Made by a program: the position numbers and the translations under genes | Notes under the pieces: model-generated | The model's database searches: none | Seen by the model: the letters and a program-made list of their open reading frames with translations, nothing else | Told to the model about the DNA's origin: nothing | In this document: piece after piece, positions 1 to 12,247 of the stretch | How positions within the stretch are numbered: position 1 is the stretch's first letter | Layout: each line of letters begins with the position of its first letter | Origin: Selaginella moellendorffii | Lineage: Eukaryota; Plantae; Lycopodiophyta | Direction of reading: 5' to 3' | Length of the DNA: 64,000 nucleotides | Assembly (NCBI RefSeq): GCF_000143415.4 | Contig: NW_003314370.1 | Span: 124,001-188,000, forward strand

Positions 1-785
1 CGCAGCAGCGCCGTCACCTTGGCGACGTCGCGCCGCTCCATGGCCCGGAACCCCGGCGTCACCGTCTCCCTGGGCAGGCGGTACAGCCGGATGGTCCGGC
101 TCATGGTGTTCCTGGCGCCCAGCCGCGAGAACCCCACGTCGATGAGCTTCTTCGGGTTGAGCGAGCGGTGCCAGTACTGGCAAGTCGCCACAGGGGTCGG
201 CAGCACGACGCCGGCGGTATAGGCAGCGTGCCACAGGTTCTCCAGATGAACTCTCCGCGTCACCTCCTTGATGAGCACCGGTGCGAGGCGCTTGGATCGC
301 AGCTTCTTGTGCACGCACAGGAAGTTGATCTCGGCCATGTTGATCACCGACTCCTTGACGCGGATCCGGGCCGGGACGCCGGTGATGAAGGCGACGAGCT
401 TCTTGGAGGTCTTTGCTCGGACGCCGATGTGCCAGTTGGGGAAGTAGCCCGGCGGGCGGAGCGCCCAGCGCAGGAAATCCACCGAGTAGTCGAAGCGAAA
501 CATGTTGTCATCGTCCTCGACGTAGTTGTTGGTGAGCAGCGCGTAGATTTCCGCCATGGCGTCCTCCGAGTTGACGTCGCAGGTGCACCACTCGTAGCTG
601 CTGGGGAGATTGTAGGGCTCCTGCTTCACCTCGGACGGCGGCGTCGCCGGCTCGATCGATCCGTCGGGCAGATCGGCATTCTCCTTGTCCCTGTACTGAC
701 CTACGGGCTGCGTCTCCCAGAATTGGTGCCGCTTGCTCTCCGGCGACGCGCGCATCTCGGGCGAAAGAACGCCGCGCCGGTACAT
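1..785 (-). CDS. NMT1: Glycylpeptide N-myristoyltransferase (5' part; runs off window start)
   Basis: Manual translation, not in the ORF track: HQFWETQPV...MAEINFLCVHKKLRSKRLAPVLIKEVTRRV...YTAGVVLPTP...YWHRSLNPKKLIDVGFS. These are NMT signatures. ATG at 785, or an in-frame ATG at 755. Confidence 0.95.
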   Translation of the reverse strand, partial: MYRRGVLSPEMRASPESKRHQFWETQPVGQYRDKENADLPDGSIEPATPPSEVKQEPYNLPSSYEWCTCDVNSEDAMAEIYALLTNNYVEDDDNMFRFDYSVDFLRWALRPPGYFPNWHIGVRAKTSKKLVAFITGVPARIRVKESVINMAEINFLCVHKKLRSKRLAPVLIKEVTRRVHLENLWHAAYTAGVVLPTPVATCQYWHRSLNPKKLIDVGFSRLGARNTMSRTIRLYRLPRETVTPGFRAMERRDVAKVTALL

Positions 786-883
786 TTAGCTCCCCCTCTT
801 TGTTCCTCGCCCCGCCCAAGAACCCTAAAATTTCATAGCCCGCCCCGCCGTCGATATAATCGCGCGGGAGACGTGGCCCCGCC
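786..883. promoter_or_regulatory. About 100-bp bidirectional promoter with telo-box-like AACCCTAA (821-828)
   Basis: NMT (-) and PPR (+) start codons are 98 bp apart, head to head. Confidence 0.55.
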
Positions 884-2866
884 ATGCCCGTCCGTTTCGG
901 GGATCCCACAGCGCCTGGATCTCGCGACGCCGCGGCCATAATCCCCCCCGAGCGCCTCGTCCGCGCGCGATTCGACGATGCCAGCTTCCAGGAGTACCAC
1001 GCGCTCGCCTGCTGCGTCAAATCGTGCTCCAAGGCCAAGGATCTGGCCGAGGCGGTGGCGATCCACGGCCGGATCAAGGCCTCCAGCTACGCCGCCGATC
1101 GCTACCTCAAGAATCTGCTCATGGACATGTACAGCAAATGCGGCAGCCTGGAGCACGTCCGATCGGTGTTCCAGAGCCTGGACCGCGGCGATCGCAACGC
1201 ATTCTCGTGGAACATCATGGTGTCCGCTCTGGGGAGGAACGGGCATCTGGAGGAGGCGCGCAAGATGTACGAGGACATGCCCGAGAAGAGCACCGTGGGC
1301 GCAAACGCGATGATCAACGCCTACGCCAAGGGTGGGCATCTCGCGGAAGCCCTAGACGTCTTCGCCAGGATCCCCAAGAAGGACGTGGTCTCGTGGACGA
1401 GCATCGTCACCGCATATGCCGAGAACGGGCATATTCTCGAGGCTCGGCGGATATTCGACAAGATGCCCGACAAGAACGTCGTCTCGTGGACGGCCATGAT
1501 CACCGGCTACATCGAGAATGGCAGCCTGGGCGAGGCGCGCCGCCTCTTCGACGCCATGCCCGTACGGAATATCTCCTCGTGGAACAACATGGTCAAGGGA
1601 TATGCCATGTACGGGCATACGGAGGAGGCCCGCGCGGTGTTTGACGACATGCCGCAGAAGAACGTCATCTCCTGGACGTGCATGGTGACGGCGTACGCCC
1701 AGAAGGGGAATCTCCGCGAGGCACGGGGTATATTCGATGCCATGCCCGACAAGAATGTCGTGTCGTGGAACGCAATGATCACGGCATATGCCCAGTACGG
1801 GTATCTGGGGAAGGCAAAGCGGATATTCGACGCGATGCCCAAGAGGGACCCGGTGACCTGGACGGCGATGGTCACCGCATTTGCCCAGCACGGGGATATT
1901 CTCCAGGCGAGGGCGCTCTTCGAAAAGATGCCGCAGAAGGTTCTCGTGTCGTACAACGCCATGGTGGCGGCATACGCCCAGAATGGTGACGTGGACGAGT
2001 CCCGGCGGCTGTTCGACGCCATGGAGCAGCGCAACGTCGCGAGCTGGAACGCGATGATCTCCGGCTACGTGAAGAACGGCCGGGGGTGGGATGCCCTAGA
2101 GATCTTCAAGCTCATGGATCTCGCGGGGATGCATCCCAACGACATCACTTTCATGAGCGCGATCGATGCCTGCGCGGACCTCCAGGCGCTGCTCGAGGGC
2201 CAGATCCTCCACGCGGAGATCACGGCCAGCGGTACGGAGCCCGACGCGTACCTCCGCAATGCGCTGCTTCACATGTACGGCCGCTGCGGCAGCCTCGCCA
2301 TGGCCGAGTCGCTCTTCGACGATATGCCCGACCGGGATCGCTGGTCGTGGAATGTGATGATCTCCTCGTATGCCCACGCCGGGCATACCAGGAGATCGCT
2401 CGCGTTCTTCGCGGAGATGGCGCTGGATGGGATCACGCCCGATGGAGTGACGTTCGTGGCCGTGCTGGGGGCTTGCAGCCACGCCGGACGCGTCGATCTG
2501 GGCTGCCACTACTTCGTCTCGATGAGCACGGATTACTCCATGGCGCGGGACGTGGATCACGACCTCTATGTGTGTCTGATCGATGTTCTTGGGCGGTCCG
2601 GGTGGATCAAGGAGGCCGAGGATTTGATCGCAAACATGCCCTTCCAGCCCGATTCCGTGGCGTGGGCGACGCTCCTGGGCGGGTATAGGAACTATGGGAG
2701 TCTTGGGAGAGGGGCGCAGCAGGCCGCGCAGTGTGTCTTTCAGCTGGATCCAGAGGACTCGGCGCCGTATGTGTTGCTCCACAATTTGTACAAATCGGGT
2801 AGGAGGAGGCAAGAGGGCGATGGCGATTTCGAGCAAGCGATGAAGCCCACCATGGGGTATTTCTGA
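884..2866 (+). CDS. PLS-class pentatricopeptide repeat protein with E domain, no DYW
   Basis: Intronless 660-aa ORF; long run of 31-aa repeats (xVVSWxxMxxAYAxxG); ACSHAG; LGRSG..EAEDLI..MP..PD..AW.TLL E motif. Confidence 0.93.
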   Translation: MPVRFGDPTAPGSRDAAAIIPPERLVRARFDDASFQEYHALACCVKSCSKAKDLAEAVAIHGRIKASSYAADRYLKNLLMDMYSKCGSLEHVRSVFQSLDRGDRNAFSWNIMVSALGRNGHLEEARKMYEDMPEKSTVGANAMINAYAKGGHLAEALDVFARIPKKDVVSWTSIVTAYAENGHILEARRIFDKMPDKNVVSWTAMITGYIENGSLGEARRLFDAMPVRNISSWNNMVKGYAMYGHTEEARAVFDDMPQKNVISWTCMVTAYAQKGNLREARGIFDAMPDKNVVSWNAMITAYAQYGYLGKAKRIFDAMPKRDPVTWTAMVTAFAQHGDILQARALFEKMPQKVLVSYNAMVAAYAQNGDVDESRRLFDAMEQRNVASWNAMISGYVKNGRGWDALEIFKLMDLAGMHPNDITFMSAIDACADLQALLEGQILHAEITASGTEPDAYLRNALLHMYGRCGSLAMAESLFDDMPDRDRWSWNVMISSYAHAGHTRRSLAFFAEMALDGITPDGVTFVAVLGACSHAGRVDLGCHYFVSMSTDYSMARDVDHDLYVCLIDVLGRSGWIKEAEDLIANMPFQPDSVAWATLLGGYRNYGSLGRGAQQAAQCVFQLDPEDSAPYVLLHNLYKSGRRRQEGDGDFEQAMKPTMGYF

Positions 2867-3035
2867 GGATCGATCGAGCAATATGAGAATATCCGAAATA
2901 TCCAAGAACATTTTTGGCGCCAAGCATGGATCGTAGCCGACTGCGCGAGTTTCGGGTCTAAATGCTATGATCGCGGAAGGCTCGATCGTCTTGAAAGACC
3001 ACCAATTCCTGCAAGAGCTATCCTTCGCCAATTGA

Positions 3036-4963
<1,928 letters not shown>

Positions 4964-5339
4964 ATCACACTCCCTGGGAAAAAAGCTGGGGAAGAACTTT
5001 TTTGGCGGTAAATTTTGAATTTGAATTAAAAGTTCCGGCGCGTAAGATATGGCGAAACCAACGGTACAGATTGGACATACCGTTCCGTGGCGGAAAGTCC
5101 CATTTGTTTGGAGAAGAATATATATCCAGATATGAACAAGGGGTTTTGTCTGGAACCCTAATTCCGGGAGAGAGAGAGAGGGAGAGATTAGGGCTCGTGG
5201 GATGCTGCATCGCGCTCCAATTTCCTATTCCTCGATGCCGCATTCTGCCCCAATGCGCCATCTCCTCTGGTAAGATCGTGATTCTACCGTTTGCCCGAAT
5301 TCCCGGAATTCCCCGCCAAGGGCAGGCGATTCTTCCACG

Positions 5340-6712
5340 ATGATGGGCGTGGATTTTGATCTGCCAAAGGAGGTGCTGTCGGTGCTGCCGACGGACCCCT
5401 TCGAGCAGCTGGATTTGGCGAGGAGGATTACATCCATGGCTATCACATTGAGAGTGGCCAAACTGGAGGCCGATGAGAAGAAGCTCATGCAAAAAGTGGC
5501 CGAGAGGGACAAAGTTATCTACGAATTGAAGGAGAGGCTCTCGGAGACCGAGCACAATTTGCAGGATGCTATGGGTCGATTGACAACGGCGTTGGATGAA
5601 CAGGTCTGGATAGAATTGGATTGATCTCTTTCTTTTTTTCGCTGATTGCTCTCAAACTCTCTCCAGACCAAACTTACGAATGAGAGAAACGTTCTTATGA
5701 GCACAGTGAAGAAACTGAATAGAGATGTTGCAAAGGTTTGATTTTTTTTTTTTCCTGTCTTCTCTTTCATCTCTCACGTTTGTGTTTTTGTTTCTTCTTT
5801 ACTTTTATCTGGCAGCTGGAAGCATTCAAGCGAACTTTGATGCAGTCTCTACAAGAAGACGAGGACGGTGGTACGGTATGTGACTAGAAAAGCGATGCTC
5901 TTTTCACTCACGCACTATAAATTTTCTTTCCAATTCCCAGGAATCTGGAAATCGCGTCAAAGGTAGCTCGACACTGTTCTATTGCTTTGTGACACTGTTC
6001 CATTGTCTGCATTACAGATGCAGATACGTCCGGTTCCGGCCAAGATGATATCCAAGATGGTAATCGTTTCGACTTTTCCTTAAACTGATATAACCGTAAT
6101 CGATATAGCTCAAAGGAACCGCACACTCTCGCTCACTCCAACGCTTACGCCAAAGTTGTCTCCCATAGGTTCTCCAAAGGATCTATCAGCGTCGGTAACA
6201 CCTTTGCAATTATCGGCTCCAGGCTCGCCTCGTCGACTGTCGGCAATTGAACCGAGATTCGCATCTCTTCCAGCGAGCCATACTATAACTGCACCAAGCT
6301 CGCCTCCTATACCAGGTAAACTTAGAGTTTTGTATCGCTGCTAAGTTATCCATCGCATTTTTCCATCCAGGTCGGACTCCCAAGGTGGATGGGAAGGAAT
6401 TTTTCCGGCAAGCAAGGTGAAGTCTAATGCAAAAGCTGTTCTTTTCTCACCGTTTTCTTTTTTATTTATGGAATCGCAGGAATCGTCTGTCCTACGAGCA
6501 ATTCAGTGCCTTCCTCGCCAATATCAAGGAACTCAACGCACATCGCCAAACACGGGAGGTAAGAACAGAAGATTTGGAGGGCAAAAAACACTTGGAATTG
6601 GATTACTTTGCTCCAGGAAACGCTGAGGAAAGCCGGAGACATATTTGGAGCTGACAACAAGGATCTGTATCTTGCGTTTGAAGGCCTTTTGAGTCGGCAT
6701 CTCCCATCCTAG
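5340..6712 (+). CDS. At4g15545/NAIP-like coiled-coil protein, multi-exon
   Basis: N-terminal DFDLPKEVLSVLPTDPFEQLDLARRITSMA; C-terminal VDGKEFFRQARNRLSYEQFSAFLANIKELNAH...LYLAFEGLL; TAG at 6710-6712. Confidence 0.85.
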
Positions 6713-7748
6713 TGCCGCTGTTTTATAATTCATACGTCTGTGCAGCGTGGGTTTGATTTGGTCATTTATTTATTTATTTTTAAAAGAGAGAAAATTTGAG
6801 AATGAATTTATTAAATTCATACGTTTTGTTTAATCCATTCTGGAACACTTCAGGTCCTTTTCCTTCCTGTGTGTGCTTTTCATTTCTAAAGCACTACCAC
6901 CACCACCACATTTGCTTTTCACTTCACTTGCAATTCACTCCACGCTATTTTCAGGCCCACGAGTCTTTCCCAGAAAATAAATATTACGCTTTATAGCATG
7001 AACCATTTCCTCACCTGTGTACTACCAAAACAGCATATAAATATAGATAGATAGATAAATAAATAACATCCAGAATCAGAGAGAAAGGATTTCTGTCTGA
7101 TCTACTTTGCTGAGGCATCACCATAAACTCCAGAATGCAAACATTTGATTTCCTCAGCCTTCTCCTCAAGATTTCACAACATAATTTGTAACATTATTTC
7201 ACGCTTGCCCTTCCCAACATCCGAGTTTTTGGAATAGAACTTTTAGGGTTCTTCATTCCTGATTAAAAATAAAAAGAAACGTTTTGCAGCAGCCAGTTCA
7301 GACTGTGCCTGAACCCTCAGCTGTCAACTGTGTGCTGCGCGTGTGTGTGGACCCATGCTCACATGTGAACCAACGGACATTGAAACCGACCTCCCCTCCA
7401 ACAATCGTGATTCACCTCTGATTACTATCAAGAAAGTCCAAGTTGCAATGCCCCGGCAGCTGCTTCTTCTTCTTCTTCCTTCCTAGTTTTTCTTCTTCCA
7501 AGGACGTAGACATGATGAATTCTTCCTGTAAAGGAGATCGATCGGTCGTTCGCATGGCTGCCTCACGAAAGAAAAAAGAAAGAGAGACTTTGGCTCTCCA
7601 CACAGAATATTGGAGGACACACAGCTATAGTCTATCAACTGGCGAAAAGCTTGTAAAGCAGGAAAACAAAGCAAGCAACAAAAGCAAGTCACATCCATAG
7701 CTCCTTTTTTTCCTCATCTTTTTCTTGGACCAATTTGCACTGAAAGAT

Positions 7749-7774
7749 GCAGCAGCAGCAGCAGCAGCAGCAGC
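7749..7774. repeat. (GCA)n microsatellite
   Basis: About 8 perfect GCA units. Confidence 0.9.
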
Positions 7775-8053
7775 CAGGAATTGATCTAAAGGATGCAGCA
7801 TAGAAAAAGAATCCATGAAATAAATTATGATCTAAAGGTCCAGCCAAGGGACAAAACAAGTGGGGCTCTCTCTATATCTCTAGAATGACTCTTCTACATC
7901 CAATTCCTTCCTAGATAGCTTATAGGGGGATCAAAACACTCAAATCAAAACCAATGAGCCGTGTGAAAGGTGGTGGTGCGTGTAGTGTGTGCTTCCCCAA
8001 TGAAAGAAAAAAAAATCCAATCCCTCCAAATGATACGTAGACCCCCCTACGCT

Positions 8054-8779
8054 CTAGAATAGAAGCGCCGCCGCGAGGGAAGAGGCCACGAGAACGGACG
8101 CTGCGGATGCGACGATTGAGATTGCGGACGATGGAGATTGAGGAGCGAGGTCGGACGCGCCTGGAGCGCTAGCGGGGCTGGAACCGGTTGGAGGCGCAGG
8201 TGGGGAAGCTGCCGGTGAGGCGGTCGGGGTAACAACTGGAGTCGCAGCCGGGGGCGTCAGAACCGGGGTAGGCGCTGCCACAACTGGGGTCGGTGCAGCC
8301 GTGGGTGGGGTCAGCACAACTGGGGCGGGCGCCGCAGCCGGGGGCGGAGTGGCAACTGGAACTGGTGCCGGTGGTGGAGTCGCAACTGGGGGCGGTACCG
8401 TCGGTGGGGTCGCGGGCGCCACAACTGGAGGAGGGACGGACGGAGGAGGAGCCGCAACCGGGGCCGGTACGGTTGGTGGCGGTGGTACGGTCGCTGCTGG
8501 CCCTGCCGCGCTTCCAGAGGGAGCTCCCGCCGGAGTCGCCAGGATGATGTTTAGTCCCTTGCCTGGATGAACTGCCACAAAGAACCAGAAGAACGAAAAG
8601 AATCTCAGTAAAGATCGACCAGAATCTCTGTTCTGTCGCTCGAATCATCGCCCTCTGCTCTAGATCTAGATCAAACTAGCGCTAGGAAACTTACCCACGA
8701 ACTCCTCCTCGCAAATGCAGGTGTGGATCAGCGCCAAAAGGGCCAGCGCCAAGAGCTGTGGTCTCCTCCCGAAAGCCAT
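8054..8779 (-). CDS. Classical arabinogalactan protein (signal peptide, Pro/Ala/Thr-rich, GPI signal)
   Basis: Exon 1 8779-8695 (MAFGRRPQLLALALLALIHTCICEEEFV), GTAAG intron, exon 2 8571-8054 rich in AP/TP/PPP; hydrophobic C-terminal tail. Confidence 0.85.
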
Positions 8780-9871
8780 TGCAAGAAATCTAGAGAATGT
8801 AGGATCGATCTGGGCGAATGCGAGGCTGCCCACGAGACCCAATGCAAGATTCTACCGAGAGGGCGCGGTGGATTGCCGGATGGAGGGAGTGGAGTGGATT
8901 GCTGCTAGATCTGGGCGCGCGAGAGCGAGCGAGGACGCGCTAGGCTACGCGAGAGAGGAGGAATGAAGTGAGGGCAGTGGCATTTAAAGGAGAGGGATGA
9001 GAGACGTTTGCGCTGAGCTGAGCTGGGGGCAGGCTGTGGCAGTGCGCGATGCTTAAAACCCTCTCCCTCTCTCGCAAAAAAAAAAAGATCTTAACCCTTC
9101 ACTGGAAAGGTAGCTGTTGCAAAGCGACAAATAGTTAAAACATGGCCACCGTCACGAGTGACGGGTGGAACGGCCTTGGGCCTCATCACGAGTGAGTGGC
9201 TCACGCCCAGAGCGTACGGAATTGACGCGCAACGGTCCTATTTTCCAGCGTTAAGGCTTTGATTATAGAAAAAATTCCTCTGGCCTCGTTTTGATGGGCG
9301 ATGATCCAGACGTTCTTGAATGCTCTCCACGCAATTAAGATAGATTACTAATTAATACTTTTTAATAATAGACTGGCTGTACTTGGGAAGAACTCTACAG
9401 TGCTTGTGAAAAGCCCCTGTGACCAGCAGTAACAAAATCTTTTCGTGTATATTTTTTTCTTGTTGGGTGATTGATTTCGCGGACGGTGGCAAATCATCTC
9501 ATGGTTTTTGGCTTGTTTTGCAGTGCTTCTGGAAACAGGGAAGCATTTGGTGGATCGTACGGCCGAGATCATTCTCCGTACGGAAGTGACGCGGTAGAAA
9601 GTCCAACGAGAATGCATTCTTATTCAGCGTTCACTAATTTGACCGCCTAATGTTTGCGACCGGATCTTTGTCAAGGCAACATCCCGCGTTTTCATTTCTA
9701 TAGCTGCGTTTTCGTGACTGAGATGATCAGCATGCATGTGTGTATAAAGCCCCGCTGCTTCCATAGTCCCGGCAGAGCAAAGTTCTTCGTGGATTTCTTC
9801 TTGCTTCATTCCACGACCAGGATTATCTCAATCCGTGATCGAAATTCACCTTGCGTTTGAGAAAGGAAAGA

Positions 9872-10744
9872 ATGGCAGCAGCAAAGTGGATCGCAGTGGT
9901 GGCGCTGGCTCTAGTAGCAGCTTGTCAGCTCGCCATGGCAGTGGATTATCAGGTCGCTGGAGCCGCCCCCGGCTGGAGCATCCAGAATGGCTACACGGAG
10001 TGGGCAGCTAGAAACCAGTTCCGGGTGGGAGACACGCTCAGTAAGTTCTTACATCGAAACTCTTTTTGTGTTTCTTGAGGTTTCCAAAAAATTGTGATCC
10101 TTCATTCCATCCTTGCCAAACTCTCTCATTTATCTTGCTCATGGTACACAACCTTCTTCAAAGTATTACAATACTTCTCCACTGTTGCACCATCGTCTCC
10201 AAAGCTTCTTTAAACTCTTCTTACACATCTTGCATGCTTGGTCTCATGATCAAACGCATCTTTCCTTGTTTTCTAGATCTTTTGCGACGGAAACTTCCGA
10301 TAGCTTGGTCTTAGACATTGCATTGTCTCCAAACTCTACACCGCCATGTATGTAACTTTTGACTGGGCTTTTGCAGCGTTTACTTACACGGGCAACCACA
10401 ACGTGTTGGAAGTGAGCCGTGCCGCCTACGATAACTGCGACGCGTCCCAGCCCATCCAGTCCTACTTGACGCCCAGCCCCATCCAGGTCACCCTCACCAC
10501 AAGTGGGGAGCACTGGTTCATCTGTGGAGTCCCCGGCCACTGCGATGGAGGTATGAGGGTACCCATTAACGTTCTCGAGGCCACAAGCGGGGCACCAGGT
10601 GGGGCGCCCGCCGTTCCCAATCCCAGCACCCCAACCGGTGTTGCGTCTCCTCCGCCACCATCAAACTCCGCTGCTGGAAGTTCTCCAGTCCTCTCGGCCG
10701 GACTCGCTGCGGCTGCGGCTGGAGCCTTGGCGATTTTGTTGTAG
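9872..10744 (+). CDS. Phytocyanin (uclacyanin-like blue copper protein, AGP tail, GPI)
   Basis: Exon 1 9872-10040 (signal peptide, YQV..PGW..Y.EWA..FRVGDTL), exon 2 10377-10744; ligands H(NV), C(G), H(C), M. Confidence 0.92.
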
Positions 10745-11351
10745 ATTTTGATTTAATCTTTTGGATTTTACCAATTTTTTATAAAAAAATTCTTCTGAGG
10801 TTTTATTGTTTTAAAGAAATAATATCGATCATGAAATACTATAGAAATATGCCACAAAAGTCTGATAAATCAAAGATGGCGCCCTGGAATATAGTTACAT
10901 ACTATACCTTCTGAAAGCAAACAAAAATGTTATAACTATTCATTGGTATTTGGAAGAACTTTGCTTATACCTTTTACTGAAAGGACAAAGCAAGCAAGCA
11001 TCCGAATTGAAGAACACGAAGCTCCATCTGGTGGAAGCAACAGGAACAATAGTCCTTTTTGGAAGTTTGAGCGTTTGCTCTCTGCTGCCCTGTGTAAAGT
11101 TTAAGGATCCAGCCGGCCATTTGCAACGCGCTTCCTCCGGCCCGTGTGCCATCCGGAGCCGTCGAGGAGGCCTCTCCGTTACTATAAAGACAAGCCCATT
11201 GCAAAGCATTTCCCAGGCAGCAAAAAGATCTTCCAGGTCTTCTCAGCAGCATCAAGAGTAGTCTAAAGATCTTTCAAAGTTTACCAGCAGCAAAAGAGAA
11301 GCTTCCTTGGCTCAATTCACGATTCAGGAAAAGTTTGTGATTTCTATCCAG

Positions 11352-11909
11352 ATGGCTCAGGGAAGATGCATGGCCGTTCTCGTCGCTTTTGTGATCTTCG
11401 CAGCGGTGTGTGAGGCTCAAGATCACAGCACCCCATGGAACTTGTCTATGAAGAAGGAAGACTACAAAGCTTGGGCCGCGACGCAAACTTTCCTGACGGG
11501 ACAAACTCTTCGTAAGCTCAATTCGAATCGATCAATTCACATGATATCGATATCTTACTTTTTTCTTGGAACTCTGTTTCTAGAGTTTAAATACGAGTCG
11601 GGACACAGTCTGCTGGCGCTTGCAACCCAGGAGGCGTACAACAACTGCGATCTCAGCAATCCCGTCAAGACTTTCACAGAACCAAACCCGATCGTCACTC
11701 TCGGAGCTCCAGGCAAGAAGTTCTACGTTTGTGGAGTTGGGAACCACTGCAACGCGGGAATGAAAGTTATCATCAACGTTGTCTCCAGCGCCGATGCTGC
11801 CGCTCCTCCCGCGGAACCTCCACAGAAAGGAGCGGCGGGCAATCTCGTCTCCTCCAGCGCCTTCGTCGTGGCCCTTGGAGCTGTGGCCGCCGCCGCCGCG
11901 GTGCTCTAG
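11352..11909 (+). CDS. Phytocyanin (blue copper protein, GPI-anchored)
   Basis: Signal peptide; Y.AWA..F..GQTL; intron 11512-11583; GHS...YVCGVGNHCNAGMKV ligands; hydrophobic tail. Confidence 0.9.
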   Translation: MAQGRCMAVLVAFVIFAAVCEAQDHSTPWNLSMKKEDYKAWAATQTFLTGQTLRKLNSNRSIHMISISYFFLGTLFLEFKYESGHSLLALATQEAYNNCDLSNPVKTFTEPNPIVTLGAPGKKFYVCGVGNHCNAGMKVIINVVSSADAAAPPAEPPQKGAAGNLVSSSAFVVALGAVAAAAAVL

Positions 11910-12096
11910 ATCCTCCAATTCTTCGGATTTTAAAAGTACGTATTTTTTGGTGTTCAAGATTGGTATTGAGATGTTGAGCTCCAGAGCATTGTTTCTCAAT
12001 TAAATTCAGTTTTTTTGTTCTCTCTCTTGTTCTCAAAAATTATCGATCCTGCATTGCAGAATTCTGTAGATATAGCCATCAAAAGCAACAACAATT

Positions 12097-12120
12097 CACA
12101 CACACACACACACACACACA
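12097..12120. repeat. (CA)12 microsatellite
   Basis: Perfect dinucleotide run. Confidence 0.9.
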
Positions 12121-12126
12121 GAGACA

Positions 12127-12236
12127 GATCCTCAACAAAAATCATAAAGAAAATTCTCTTCAACAGGGAGTTTTAGGGTTCTGGATCCTCAACAAAAATC
12201 ACTTTTCTTCTCTTCAACAGGGAGTTTTAGGGTTTT
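12127..12236 (+). repeat. 57-bp tandem duplication in PPR promoter/5'UTR, each unit with telo-box-like TAGGGTT
   Basis: gatcctcaacaaaaatca...ttctcttcaacagggagttttagggtt at 12127 and again at 12184. Confidence 0.85.
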
Positions 12237-12247
12237 TGGCAAATGGA

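Noticed and set aside
168-941. 257-aa + strand ORF and other long antisense ORFs (2096-3031, 12389-13756, 41767-42837, 19991-20821)
   Set aside because: Shadow frames opposite GC-rich real genes; no motifs of their own.
9860-9885. Possible bulged miR408 target mimic around the ATG of the first phytocyanin
   Set aside because: Requires a 2-nt bulge plus several further mismatches; too weak.
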